A DNA stretch of 64,000 nucleotides, taken from the NCBI GenBank assembly GCA_002269645.1, contig NIVC01000363.1:62001-126000 (forward strand). The letters run 5' to 3'. This DNA comes from Macrostomum lignano (lineage: Eukaryota). The position numbers and the translations under genes are program-made. Below the pieces are notes generated by a model. The model was not told where the DNA came from. It saw only the letters and a program-made list of their open reading frames with translations, and did no database searches. Below, one piece after another: positions 1 to 12,106 of this stretch (position 1 is its first letter; each line of letters begins with the position of its first letter).

Positions 1-385
1 GACTCCATGTTAGACATTAAAGAGCCACCATGTCGAACATTAAAGAGCCAACATGTTAAAAATACAAGAGCCACCATGTCAAACATATACATGACTCCAT
101 GTCAAACATTGAAGAGACACCATGTCGAACATAAAAGAGCCACCATGTCAAACATTAAAGAGCCACCATGTCAAACATAAAAGAGCCACCTTTTTGAACA
201 TTAAAGAGCCACCATTTCGAACATTAAAGAGCCACCATGTCAAACATAATAGAGCCCCCATGTCAAACATAGAAGAGCCCCCATGTCAAACATAGAAGAG
301 CCCCCATGTCAAACATAGAAGAGCCACTATGTCAGACATTGAAAAGCCACCGTATCAAACATAAAAGATACACAATTTCAAACGT
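1..385 (+). repeat. 23-bp tandem array (AAAGAGCCACCATGTCAAACATT) inside Helitron A0
   Basis: CACCATGTC recurs at 141 and 164 (23-bp period); about 16 degenerate units; the same family occurs at 9748-10510. Confidence 0.95.
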
Positions 386-454
386 AAAAGTAAGCGAATT
401 TTAAAGGAGCCGCTATAATGCTAAGGAAATTGTCGCACTAGCTACTTATTGTCT

Positions 455-890
455 GGTGGATGCTTGCTATTTGGGGATGCTATCTATCTCGGGGATGCTT
501 GCTATCTGGGGGATGCTTGCTATCTTGGGGATGCTTGCAATCTGGGGGATGCTTGCTATCTGGGGGATGCTTGCTATCTGGGGGATGCTTGCTATCTGGG
601 GGATGCTTGCTATCTTGGGGGATGCTTGCTATCTGGGGGATGCTTGCAATCTGGGGGATGCTTGCTATCTTGGGGATGCTTGCAATCTGGGGTGATGCTT
701 GCTATCTGGGGATGCTTGCTATCTGGGGGATGCTTGCTATCTGGGGGATGCTTGCTATCTGGGGGATGCTTGCTATCTGGGGGATGCTTGCTATCTGGTG
801 GATGCTTGCTATCTGGGGGATGCTTGCTATCTGGGGATGCTTGCCATCTTGGGGATGCTTGCTATCTGGTGGATGCTTGCAGTCTTGGGA
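455..890 (+). repeat. 18-bp tandem array (CTGGGGGATGCTTGCTAT), about 24 units, subterminal in Helitron A0
   Basis: Direct reading; accounts for the GDACYL/MLAIWG/GGCLLS pseudo-ORFs. Confidence 0.95.
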
Positions 891-1000
891 TGATTTCTTT
901 TTGCAATGCACTTCATTTGAGCAGTTTGTCTGTTGTCTTTTTGAAGGATTTTTGGCTGTCTTTTTGTTACTTGTAGAAAACAGAGATTCTATCCAGATGT

Positions 1001-1027
1001 CCCCCATCGGGGGGCGAAGATTGCTAG
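1001..1027 (+). terminator. Helitron 3' terminator: GC hairpin followed by CTAG
   Basis: CCCCC-ATC-GGGGG stem about 10 nt upstream of CTAG, the canonical Helitron 3' signature. Confidence 0.9.
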
Positions 1028-2309
1028 TCCTATATACTAAAAATGAGTTGTCTGTATGTAGGTAGGTATGCGATAGATTTCAGAAAAAATGGCTCAACCG
1101 ATTTTCTTCAAACTTGCACCATTCGATCAGAAATTTTCCTGGGACGGTACATGCATCTTGGCTAAGAAATTGCTCAATTTTAAAGGGATTAAATATTCGA
1201 AAAACATGCTTTTTTGCAAAGGTCAAGCAGCTCTTTCGACCTGAAATGCATTGTAAAAATGCTAGAGAAAAAACTGACTGACTGAATTCTGATTGTGATA
1301 AAGATTGCATAACAGCTGAATTGTACCTCCGCCTTGAATTGCGTCACAGTGTTGAAAACACTGTGTAGAAGCATATTACGAGACTTGATTTAGACTGCGT
1401 AACCATACTGACCGATTGAAAAATTGATTATGTCCTAACTGCTTCGTGCTCATCTTATAGTGTAATTTTTGTTAAACATAAAAGAAGCGTCATGAAAAAC
1501 CTAAAAAATGCTAGCGTCGAGGCTTACTAATTCAGAACCACAAGTGTCATAAAAATCGTAAAAGAAGTGTCATTTTAAGCATGAAAAGTTCCTGTAAAGC
1601 ATAGAAGAAGCGCGAATATTCGAATAACACACATGCCTTTCTGCAAGGGTCAAGCAGAACTTCCTACTGTGAGCCATTCTGATTGGAATTAAACTTTGCA
1701 GCGCCCAGTAAAGTAGTATTTTTTGTCGCCAGGCTAGAGAACTATAAATGTACACTGCGAGAAAAGATTGTACATTATAAAATCTTCCCGTGCACAATTG
1801 ACATACTAACTTTAAATGCTGGAGAGAGGGAGAGTGAGAGAGTGAAATACATGCACATATATACAGTATCTAATTGATTCACAATATACGAACCATGTTT
1901 GAGACTGACCCTCCAAAATGTAATAAAACCGTCTGATTATAAAAAAAGTCCAAAAGTGCCACAGAGATAGATGTACATTGGCTACTGAGGCTTGCGCCTC
2001 CTTCAGAAAATTTATCTGAATCCTTTCACATAGGAGAGTTAGAGTTAGGTGTTTGAGAGAGAGTATTGAATAATAAAAAGAGTCCTGACCAATTAGCAGG
2101 CGGGTATTGGAGAGAATTTAGGCTTGCTGTACACACTGACAGTCTAACAGTGTACAAATGGTGTCCAGCTTTTTGGGATTGGGTGGTTGCTGAGTTTAAA
2201 ACGCGTGACATTATAGACTTCATACCTTTCTCTTTTCTCGCACACAACCCCTACTATCCTTTCTTTTCATTATAACTCAAAATTCTTATCTTTCAATTTG
2301 AATTCCAAT

Positions 2310-2788
2310 ATGGCTCGACGTGGCACCAGCGCATTGAAGAAGAGCAGAGATGCCAAGAAGAAGCGTCAGCAAGAGAGTGCCGTTGAGCGAGAGGAGCGGC
2401 TGGCTGGACTGCGGCAGCAGAAGAATGAGCGAACGGCCATGGAGACTGACGCGCAGCGAGAAGAGCGGTTGGCTGGACTGCGGCAGCAGAAGGCTGAGCG
2501 AACGGCCATGGAGACTGACGCGCAGCGAGAAGAGCGGCTGGCTGGACACCGGCAGCAGGAGGCTGAGCGAAGGGCAACTGAAACCGACGCTCAGCGAGAA
2601 GAGCGCCTGACGAGACTCCGGCAGGAAAATGCTGAGCGAAGGGCAACGGAAACAGACGCTCAGCGAGAAGAGCGTAGATCTGGAGACAGAACTCGTGCGG
2701 AGAAGCGACGCGCTTCAGAAACCGAAGAGCAACGAAGAGCTCGAGTGGAAGCCGAGCAAATTCGCCGTCGAGGAGTGTCGGCTGGCAG
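2310..2788 (+). CDS. RepHel exon 1: STPR-type 23-aa helical repeats
   Basis: Five ET-initiated repeats (four full 23-aa units, the fifth shorter), e.g. [23 protein letters not shown], matching the 23-residue ET..QR..RL pattern of the STPR DNA-binding domain (FMBP-1 type). Confidence 0.8.
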
Positions 2789-5700
2789 GTAGGATGACAT
2801 TTTAATTGGAGCTATATATTTTATAGCTATATAAAATCCAAGTGCCCTTTGTGCCTAATTCGGGGTATTTTCTATCTTAGCTGATGTTTTATTGGTACTT
2901 GGGCATATAATTAAAAACTGGAATCTGTTTCGTGCATTTTTTCTCATCTTTTCAAGTCGATTGCTTTCCAAGAGTTTTATTTAAGAGATCAGTATAGAAT
3001 AGCATAAAATTTATTCGTCACTACTTTAATTACCGGCAAATGAAGTTGTGTATAATTTTTTCCTATATTCCAGGTTTGATAGTAGTGAGTTGGCCACACC
3101 GTCTGTGGTACCTTTTGATGCGTTGCGCATAATTCGCATTCCTGGTGATGGGAACTGTTTTTTTTATGCAGTCTGTGATCAGTTGCAGGGCACTCCACTT
3201 GAGACCGATGCGGCATCTTTAAGACACGAGCTGACGAGCCGTGTAGTGCAGATTATGCCAGAATTGATTGAACAAGGCTTTGTTTTGCCAGAAAATGCTG
3301 ATTTCATTGTTGATTCCTCTTTTTCTGAAGGCACATATGTGCCTGATGAAGTTGTTCCGCTTTTAAGCCGTTGTTTTAATGTTGATCTGGTGATTTATCA
3401 AGAAAACGGCACTGTACTGCAGTACTGTATGTCCCCTTTGCAGCCACCGATTGCAATCGTCCGAATTCTTTTGCGTCATGAGCATTATGAGTCATTGCGA
3501 TTTGCTAATCCGATTCCAGTTTCTGAGCCCATTGTAGATGCAGAGGAGCCAAGATTAACTCAGCAGAGTGCATGTCATTTTGGCGCAAGACCTGCTCAAG
3601 AGAGGTAGGTCATTGGTGTGACTGGTCATCATAATTTATTTGTCATCGAACTCAAGTTGTTTTATTCCAATAAATTTTTTTGTAAGCTGAAAGATTAACT
3701 GGGAAAACTGTTTGCCATTAATCCTTCCTAATCCTAATCCTTCTAATCACAGGCCAGAACGGATTATCAGGCCTGAAGCGCCAGCCCATAACTGTGGCCC
3801 AATGGACAGAGCATGCGACCAATGCGGTGCATTACTTTGGTGCTCTGAGACGAGGAATTTCTGCTGCGCCAAAGGCAAGGTGAAGCTGCCCAGCCGCACC
3901 GTGCCTCAAGTGCTGGCAGATCTGTACCTGGGGCGGCACAGAATGAGTGCCGAGTTCCTGACCAACATTCGGAGTTACAACTCGGCGCTGCACCTGACAT
4001 CGCTGGGTGCCAAACTGCGGTTGGTGCCAGGCTGGTGTCCCAGCTTCATCATCAGCGGCCAGTTGCATCACAACACGGCGCCGCTGTTTGCAGAGGATTC
4101 AGCTGAGCCCCATGGCTGGCAGGTGTATTTCAATGATCGCGAACTTGAAAGCCGCCAGAGTCTCAGCCAGAAGGTGAAGCCGGAGCTACTGGAGCTATTG
4201 CAGACGCTGCTTCACGAGTGCAACGGCTATGTCCGCAGCCTGAGGGCAGTCGCTCATCGAATCAGTCAAGATCCGGAGTTGGGAGATGCGCGAATCGTAA
4301 TTCACCCTGACCGTCGACCATCTGGGGAACACATTCGGTATGTCTGCAAGACATTCTAATAAGATATTTTGCGTAATAAATTATCCAATTATCCAATTTG
4401 TACAGACTCTGTATCCCACAAACTCCGTTCAAAATCAGGCGCTACAACTTGCCTACGGCGAACGAGGTCGGTATCCTGATTGTGGAGGACAATGAGAACA
4501 CACCGGCCAGTCGGGACGTCGTGATTCAACTGCGTGGTGGCGGTTCCCAGAGAATCAGCGAGACGCACCGCTCATATGACCCGCTGGAGTATGTGCTGCT
4601 GTTCCCGAATGGCGAAGATGGCTGGCACCCGGAGTTGCTGATGAGTAATGGCAAGAAATTAACGCCCATGAAATACTATGCGAGCGAAATCATGGTGCGA
4701 GCGGGCCAGTTCAGTGTGCTGCACTATGGCCGAAGATTATTTCAGCAGTACTTGGTGGACATGTGTGCCAAGATTGAGGCAGAGAGGCTGCTGTATTTGC
4801 GGACCCATCAGCAGGACCTGCGCAGCGAGACATACAGCGGTCTGCGGGACGCTCTGTTTGCAGCTGATGGCAGGTCTACCGACAGAGATCCGAGTGACAT
4901 AGGCAAGCCCGCGCATGTGCTTCTGTCTTCGAGCTTCGTTGGCGGGCCAAGGTACCTGATGGAGAGGCTACAGGACGCTATGACCTATGTTCACAAGTTC
5001 GGTAAGCCGGACCTGTTTGTCACCGCAACGTGCAATCCGAAATGGCCGGAGATCAGCGCTCAGCTGCTGCCTGGACAGCGGGCAGAAGACCGGCCGGACA
5101 TTGTTAGCCGAGTCTTTGAAATGAAGAGGAAAGCTCTTCTGGCCCAGTTGACCAAGCGCTATGGGAAAGAGGCCGCTCACGTTTGCTCACTGGAGTACCA
5201 GAAGCGTGGTGAGTAAAAATTCTGACTTGCAAGAATCAAAGTTTTAAGATTTATTAAAATTTAGATTTACAAAGGTTTTGTGATATTTTTTAATACTTTT
5301 TTGACGCTCCAGGTCTTCCCCATGTGCACTTTCTGCTGTGGCTCATGAGCGGTCAGCGAGTGACTCCGGACCGATACGATGACATCGTGTCTGCCGAGAT
5401 TCCGGACCCAGAGCAGCAGCCTGTGCTGTATGAGCTGGTGAAGACGCACATGATCCATGGCCCCTGCGGCAAGGAAATCCGGCGTGTCCTTGCATGGAGA
5501 ATGGCGAATGCAGCAAGGGCTTTCCGAAAGAGTTCCAGCAGGTGACGCTGACCAGCGATACTGGCTACCCACTGTACCGCAGACTATCGCCTGAGATGGG
5601 CGGATTTACAGTGGACAAACTGTTCAAAGGCCGGAGCATTCGCATGGACAACAGGGAAGTTCAAACGCTAATATATTGCTTAGTTGTGCATTGCAGCTTT

Positions 5701-8594
5701 TGTTTCTGAAAGTTAATGATATTATTTTTTCATTAAAACAGGTGGGTCGTTCCGTACAGCCCTGACCTGTTGCTCCAGTTTGCGTGCCACTTGAACGTCG
5801 AAGTTTGCGCCACTGTGAAGTCGGTCAAGTACGTGATCAAGTACCTGCTAAAGGGTGGCGACATGGCGACGTTCAAAGTCGATGCCAATAGGAATTCTAC
5901 TGAACCGAGAGAGCAGGCAGTGGGTGACCAGCAGCCGACGCAAACGACAGGAAATAAGCCGCGTGATGAGAATAAAGAGTACCTGTCCGCGCGCTACATT
6001 GGTCCAATGGAAGCCGTGAATACCATCTTGGGCTTTGAAGTAATTCGCATTCTAATTATTATTGGCTCATTTTAACCAGAGCTGTGAAACCTCGTCATAG
6101 TATAAATTGAATTTCCATCGAAACTTAAAGGCTGTATATTTTCCTTCCACTTTCTGATCAGGTGCACAACAGGTTTCCGGCGGTCATCCGACTCTGCGTT
6201 CACAAGTCGGAAGAGCAGCTCGTGTATTTCAACGAGGGGACCGCAAGAGCAAAAGCGAGAACGCCGAAGGATTCGACGTTGACGGCATTTTTCAAGCTGT
6301 GCCGTATTGACGAATTTGCTGGGTCCTTGCTCTACACGGAGGTGCCGTCCTACTTTGTGTGGCTCTCCAGCGAAAGAGAGTGGCGGCGGGCCAAGCAGGG
6401 TGTGCGAGTCGATGGCCATCCGGGTGTAGTGCGGAACAAAAACGTTGCACGCATGTACACGGTGAGTCCAAGAGCAGGTGATTTATTTTATGTTCGAATG
6501 CTCCTTTTGAATGTTAGGGGACCGACTAGCTTCGAGGCGCTGCAGACCGTGGACGGCGTTGTGCATCCGAGCGCCAAGGCTGCTTGCATGGCCCTTGGCC
6601 TGCTGCAGCGAGATGATCACTGGCGGCGGTGTCTAGCTGAGGCCGTTCAGTCAAGAATGCCAAGAGCCCTGAGACATCTTCTGGCCGTAATTCTCATATG
6701 GGGTGAGCCTGAGGATGGCAGCGACCTCTGGTGCAGTTTTGCCGAGGATCTCAGCGAGGACCTGCGGTTCCACCACCGAGACTTGAGCACCGAGGAGATT
6801 ACTGACCTGGCGCTGCGTGAGCTTCAGAGCATGCTGATCTCCATGGGCGGGAGAAGCCTGCCAGAGTACGGCCTGCCTGCGGCCTCCGTGACACCTCAAG
6901 ATGGACCAATGCAGTTTGATACGGTTGAGCAAGCACTGATTACTGAGGCGCGCTTACCAATGCTGACAGATGAGCAGAAAGCGGTGTACGAGTCCGTGAC
7001 TCGAATCTTGTGGACGGCACCAGCGGCTTGCACTTCCTGGACGCACCTGCTGGCACTGGCAAGACCTTCCTGCTAGAGGTTCTGCTAGCCTTCGTGCGCA
7101 GCCGGGGTGAAGTCGCCCTCGCCGTTGCGGCTTCTGGAATCGCAGCGACTCTTTTGCCAGGTGGACAGACGGCGCATTCAACGTGAGTAATTTATTGTCA
7201 ATATTTCAAAAAGCAGTTGTAAATATTTCGTGTGCTGTAAATATGTTAGGCATGGTGAAACTATTTTTCTATGCCAGGTTCAAGATACCAATTCGGGCGA
7301 TCCGTTCGAGCAAAGACGTGTGCGCTGTTGGAGCGCAGTCCAAACAGGCCGCTGTATTTCGGACAGTGCGTCTAATTGTCTGGGACGAGATTTCTATGAC
7401 AAACCGGAAGGATTTGGAGGCCGTCGACCGGTGCTTGCGAGACGTGCGGAAGCAGGACGTGCCATTCGGCGGAGTGGTTTTCGTTTGCGCTGGGGACTTT
7501 CGCCAGCTGCTGCCCGTTGTGGTGCATGGGACTCGAGCCAACAGCGTCATGGCGTGTGTCAGCAGATCCCCACTGTGGAAATTTTTCCGGCGGCATCGCC
7601 TTACAAGAAACATCCGATTGCTGAGCAGTTCCGATTCTGCAACGTATTTGAGATACACCGAGCTACTCAAGCAGGTAAGTTTGTTTTCATCAGTTTATTT
7701 ATTGGAAGATTTAAGGATATTCGGTTTCTTTCGTGTTGAGAGCTCCATTTTAAAAATTGTGGCTTATTCAAGAATGCCTAGCTTAAAGTCTGTCTAGCGT
7801 TTTAAATATTTGACTTTTAACTCCCCCAGATCGGATCCGGAACAATTGACCAGGATGCAGAGGAGAAAGTGTCTCTTCCTGCTGAGATCATCATTTCTGC
7901 GGAGGCGCCGCTCAATGATCTGATAAATTTTGTGTACCCATCGTTTGAGGCGTCAGTGGAGAGGGACGGCTACTTTGCAAGCCGAGCGATCCTGGCGCCG
8001 TACAATGACTCAGTGGATGCCATCAACGAGACGTGCCTGGGCATGTTCCCCGGCAGCCTGCGGGAGTACCGCTCAATAGACAGTGTGGCCGATGAGGATG
8101 CCGCTACGCACTTCCCGCCTGAGTTGCTCAACCAGCTGGATGCCCCGAACTTTCCGATTCACTTGCTGAGGCTAAAAGTGGGTATGCCAGTAGTTCTTCT
8201 CAGGAACATCAACCCGCCACGATTGTGCAATGGTACGCGGCTCATCATACTCGCAATGGGCGAGAACGTGCTTAGATGCAAGATTGCCGCCGGCCAGTTC
8301 ACGGGAGACGAGATTCTTCTGCCGCGAATCCCGCTGATTCCTAGCAATGCGGACCTCCCCGTCAGTTTTAAGCGGCTGCAGTTCCCTGTGAAGCCGAGTT
8401 TCTGCCTGACGATTCACAAGTCGCAGGGACAGTCTCTGGACACAGTTGGCATTGACCTGTCAGTCGGTTGCTTCACGCATGGCCAGCTGTACACGGCGCT
8501 GTCACGAGCAAAGAACGCGGCAAATGTTCGCGTCCGGATTCCGGGAACAAGGACCAGAAACGTTGTGTTTCCAGAAGTTCTCACTGAAGACTAA
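2310..8594 (+). CDS. Helitron RepHel transposase, 9 exons, about 1729 aa once two -1 lesions are corrected (STPR repeats - OTU - Zn finger - HUH Rep - Pif1 helicase)
   Basis: Exons 2310-2788, 3074-3604, 3753-4337, 4439-5208, 5313-5654, 5742-6039, 6162-7182, 7278-7674, 7830-8594; splice phases all match. Rep motifs [16 protein letters not shown]|[15 protein letters not shown]; helicase motifs [46 protein letters not shown]. Frameshifts near 5475 and 7000; intron 5 donor reads GG. Confidence 0.92.
3074..3604 (+). CDS. RepHel exon 2: OTU-like cysteine protease domain
   Basis: [12 protein letters not shown] (catalytic Cys loop) and LRHEHYESL (His loop); the exon is 531 nt, phase 2-2. Confidence 0.88.
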
Positions 8595-9747
8595 TTTATT
8601 TATCGTAAAAAATGAGGGGTGAGCAATAATTTTCCTTATGCAAAAGGCTAGAAAGTATATTCATTTATTTTTAAGGAAAAATAGAATAATTATTTCCCCA
8701 TATCTCTTAAGTAATAGCTCTCATTCTCTAAAGCAATAGCTGTCAATAGCTCTCATTCCTAAAAGAATCGCAGGAAACTTATTGCCCCAACCTCATTTCT
8801 AACGAAGCGTAGATATTGCATGGCAGTGAGTACGAGCTAATAGCTGATGAACTTTATGTTGAAGCTCAATTAGGCTTATTTTATTCATTGTATTAATTTT
8901 TACAGTCAATTTGCACTTTACAGTTAATTTGTATTTTAAGGCAATTTCATATTAGCCGAAAGTAACTTTTGAAACAAACCTTCTTTTGCACTGCTTTTAA
9001 TGAATTCAATCTTTGATGAGCAGTTAATTTTGTCTTTTATTTTTCACCTGAAATTTCATTATAATTCGTGTAAAAACTTTACTTATTTTATATCGCAAAT
9101 TTATGCAAAAGACGAAACAATTTTGTTTTTAGTTTTCCAAGGTTCGCAAAAACTTAACATTAGAGTGAATTTTAGTATATGGATTTTTACGCAAACTACG
9201 AGTGACAGTCTTTTTTTCAAAAATCAAAAATATCTCGATCAAGTCACCTGTGACAACTGTGGACTGTAAGCTCATAAAAAACGATTTGCATCAACTTGCG
9301 ACGGGGCCTTCGTCTTCCATATATTGAAAGTTGAATAATATACGAAACTCACAAGATGTCAATTTTAACTAAGGCGAAGGCCCTGAATGAAGCTTTTGTC
9401 TTACTTCATTTCTTAATCTTTGGCGAAACAAATATGAATAGTCTGTGGCAAAGCGCAAAGGCTAAGGAAATAGAGCCGAACTGATTGTTCTGACTATGGA
9501 TTTGAGGGCAGGAATGAGCGAATCCGAGGGCTGCGACTATAGACTAACGTAGAGTATTAAAGGAACTCATCTGGTCACATGCAGCCATTGCACACGCTAT
9601 GTATACGTGACATATCGGTTGTACTTTTAATGCCATGTTCATAAGTTTTAACTTTGTACTTTTCAAGTTTATTCGCGAAAAAATACAAAAAATTCTTGCG
9701 TTACAAACGTCAAAAACGTTTAACAAAACGTTTAACAAACGTTAAAA

Positions 9748-10510
9748 ATTAAAGAGCCACCATGTCTAACATTAAAGAGCCACCATGTCAAACATTAAAG
9801 AGCCACCATGCCAAACATTAAAGAGCCACCATGTCAAACATAATAGGACCAACATGTCAAACATTAAAGAGCCACAATGTCAAGCATAAAAGGACCACCA
9901 TATCGAACATTAAAGAGCCACCATGTCAAAAATTAAAGAGCCACCATGTCTAACATTAAAGAGCCACCATGTCGAACATTAAAGAGCCACCATGCCAAAC
10001 ATTAAAAAAGAGCCACCATGTCAAAAATAAAAAAGCCACCATGTAGAACATTAAAGAGCCATTATGTCAAACATAAAGAGCCACCATGTCAAACATTAAA
10101 GAGCCACCATGTCAAACATAAAAGGACCAACATGTCAAACATTTAAGAGCCACCATGTGAAGCATAAAAGGACCACCATGTCGAGCATTAAAGAGCCACC
10201 ATGTCTAACATTAAAGAGCCACCATATCGAACATTAAAGAGCCACCATGTCGAAGATTATAGAGCCACCATGTCGAACATTAAAGAGCCACCATTTCAAA
10301 CATTAAAGAGCCATCATTACATTGAGGTGCCACCAGGTCAAACATTAAAGAGCCACCATGTCAATCATAAAAGAGCCACCATGTCCAACATATATGTGAC
10401 TCCATGTCAAACATTAAATAGCCACCATGTCAAAAATTAAAGAGCCACCATGTCTAACATTAAAGAGCCACCATGTCGAACATTAAAGAGCCACCATGTC
10501 AAACATAAAA
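9748..10510 (+). repeat. 23-bp tandem array (AAAGAGCCACCATGTCAAACATT), about 33 units, in Helitron A
   Basis: Direct reading; same unit as 1-385. Confidence 0.95.
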
Positions 10511-10605
10511 GATACACAATTTCAAACGTAAAAGTAAGCGTCATGCCAATTTTAAAGGAGCCACTATAGAGCTAAGGAAATTGTGGCACTAGCTACTTAT
10601 TGTCT

Positions 10606-10720
10606 GGTGGATGCTTACTATTTGGGGATGCTTGCTATCTGGGGGATGCTTGCTATCTGGGGGATGCTTGCTATTTGGGGGATGCTTGCTATCTGGGGGA
10701 TGCTTGCTGTCTTGGGATGA
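10606..10720 (+). repeat. 18-bp array, about 6 units, subterminal in Helitron A
   Basis: Same unit and flanks as 455-890, but much shorter. Confidence 0.9.
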
Positions 10721-11355
10721 TTTCTTTTTGCATTACACTTTATTTGAGCAGTTTGTCTGTTGTCTTTGTGAAGGCTTTATTTGGCTGTCTTTTTGTTACT
10801 TGTAGAGAACAGAGATTCTATACAGATGTCCCCCAACGGGGGGCGAAGATTGCTAGTCCTATATACTAAAAATGAAAATCTTGTTTGTTTGTACGCAATC
10901 GATTAGAGAAAAAATGGCTGGACCGATTTTCTTCGAACTTGCACTGTTCGATCAGAAATTTTCCCGTGACGGTACATGCATCTTGGCTAAGAAATTGCTC
11001 CATGTTAAAGCGATTAAATATTCGAAAAACATGCTTTTTTGCAAAGGTCAAGCAAACTTTTCGACTTGAAATGCATTGTAAGAATGCTAGAGAAAAAACT
11101 GACTGGTTGAATTCTGATTCTGAAATGGATTACATCATAACTGAATTGTAACTCCGACTTGAATTGCGTCACAGTATTGAAAATGCAGTGTGGAAGCGTA
11201 GCACCAGACTTGATTTAGATTGCGCAACCATATTGTTAACTGATACTGACTGACTGAGAAATTGATTATGTAATAACTGCCTCGTGTGATTTACTCTATG
11301 CTTGGAGTTTTGAAACTTATAATTATAAGTGCTGAATTCATGTTATCAAAACGAT

Positions 11356-11414
11356 GAGAGCTAGCCTAGAGGTAAACAGACTGAACTGCTAAATGCAGAA
11401 ACGATGGTTCGAAT
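11356..11414 (+). promoter_or_regulatory. tRNA-like (Pol III A/B-box) segment in Helitron B
   Basis: TAGCCTAGAGG (A-box-like), ACTGCTAA (anticodon-loop-like) and GGTTCGAAT (B-box); homologous to 16918-16978. Confidence 0.5.
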
Positions 11415-11465
11415 TTTTAGAGAGTAGAGTTTTTTTAATTAAAGCTTTTTAACGCCAAGAAAACT

Positions 11466-12106
11466 AAAAAAATCATAGAAGCGTCATGTAAAAAATCATA
11501 GAAGCGTCATGTAAAAAATCGTGGAAGTGTCATGTAAAAAATCGTGGAAGCATCATGTAAAAAGCATAGAAGTGTCATGTAAAAAATCATAGAAACGTCA
11601 TGTAAACAATCATAGAAGCGTCATGTAAACAATCGTAGAAGCGTCATGTAAAAAATCATAGAAGCGTCATGCAAACAATCATAGAAGCTTCATGTAAAAA
11701 ATCGTAGAAGCGTCATAAAAAAATCATTAAAGCGTCATGTAAAAATCATAGAAGAGTCATGTAAAAAATCATAGAAGCATCGTGTAAACAATCATAGAAG
11801 TGTCATGTGAAAAATCGTAAGAGCGTAATATAAAAATCATGGAAGCGTCATGTAAAAAATCATAGAAGCGTCGTGTAAACAATCATAGAAGCGTCATGTA
11901 AAAATTCATAGAAGCGTCATGTAAACAATCATAGAAGCGTCATGTAAAAAAATCATAAAAGAGTCATGTAAACAATCATAGAAGCATCATGTAAAAAATC
12001 ATAGAAGCGTCATGTAAACAATCATGGAAGCGTCATGTAAAAAATCATAGAAGTGTCATTTAAAAAATTAAGAAGCATCATAGTAGAATAAAAGAAGCGT
12101 CATGTC
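11466..12106 (+). repeat. 23-bp tandem array (AAAAAATCATAGAAGCGTCATGT), about 28 units, in Helitron B
   Basis: Direct reading. Confidence 0.95.

Larger units (their letters stand above)
1..1027 (+). mobile_element. 3' portion of Helitron copy A0 (starts upstream of window)
   Basis: Same order of parts as 9748-10856: 23-bp array, 18-bp array, unique segment, hairpin CCCCCATCGGGGGG (1001-1014), then CTAG at 1024-1027. Confidence 0.9.
1028..10856 (+). mobile_element. Autonomous-type Helitron A (9.83 kb)
   Basis: 5' TCCTATATACTAAAAATG at 1028; 3' hairpin CCCCCAACGGGGGG (10830-10843) and CTAG at 10853-10856; internal RepHel gene. Confidence 0.95.

Noticed and set aside
449-1065. GDACYL / Cys-Gly-rich repeat ORFs (also at 10600-10869 and 40348-40647)
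   Set aside because: Translations of the 18-bp array, open in all three frames.
2371-2760. Numerical link between the 23-aa (69-bp = 3x23) STPR repeat and the 23-bp arrays
   Set aside because: No sequence similarity; 23 aa is intrinsic to STPR, so this is coincidence.
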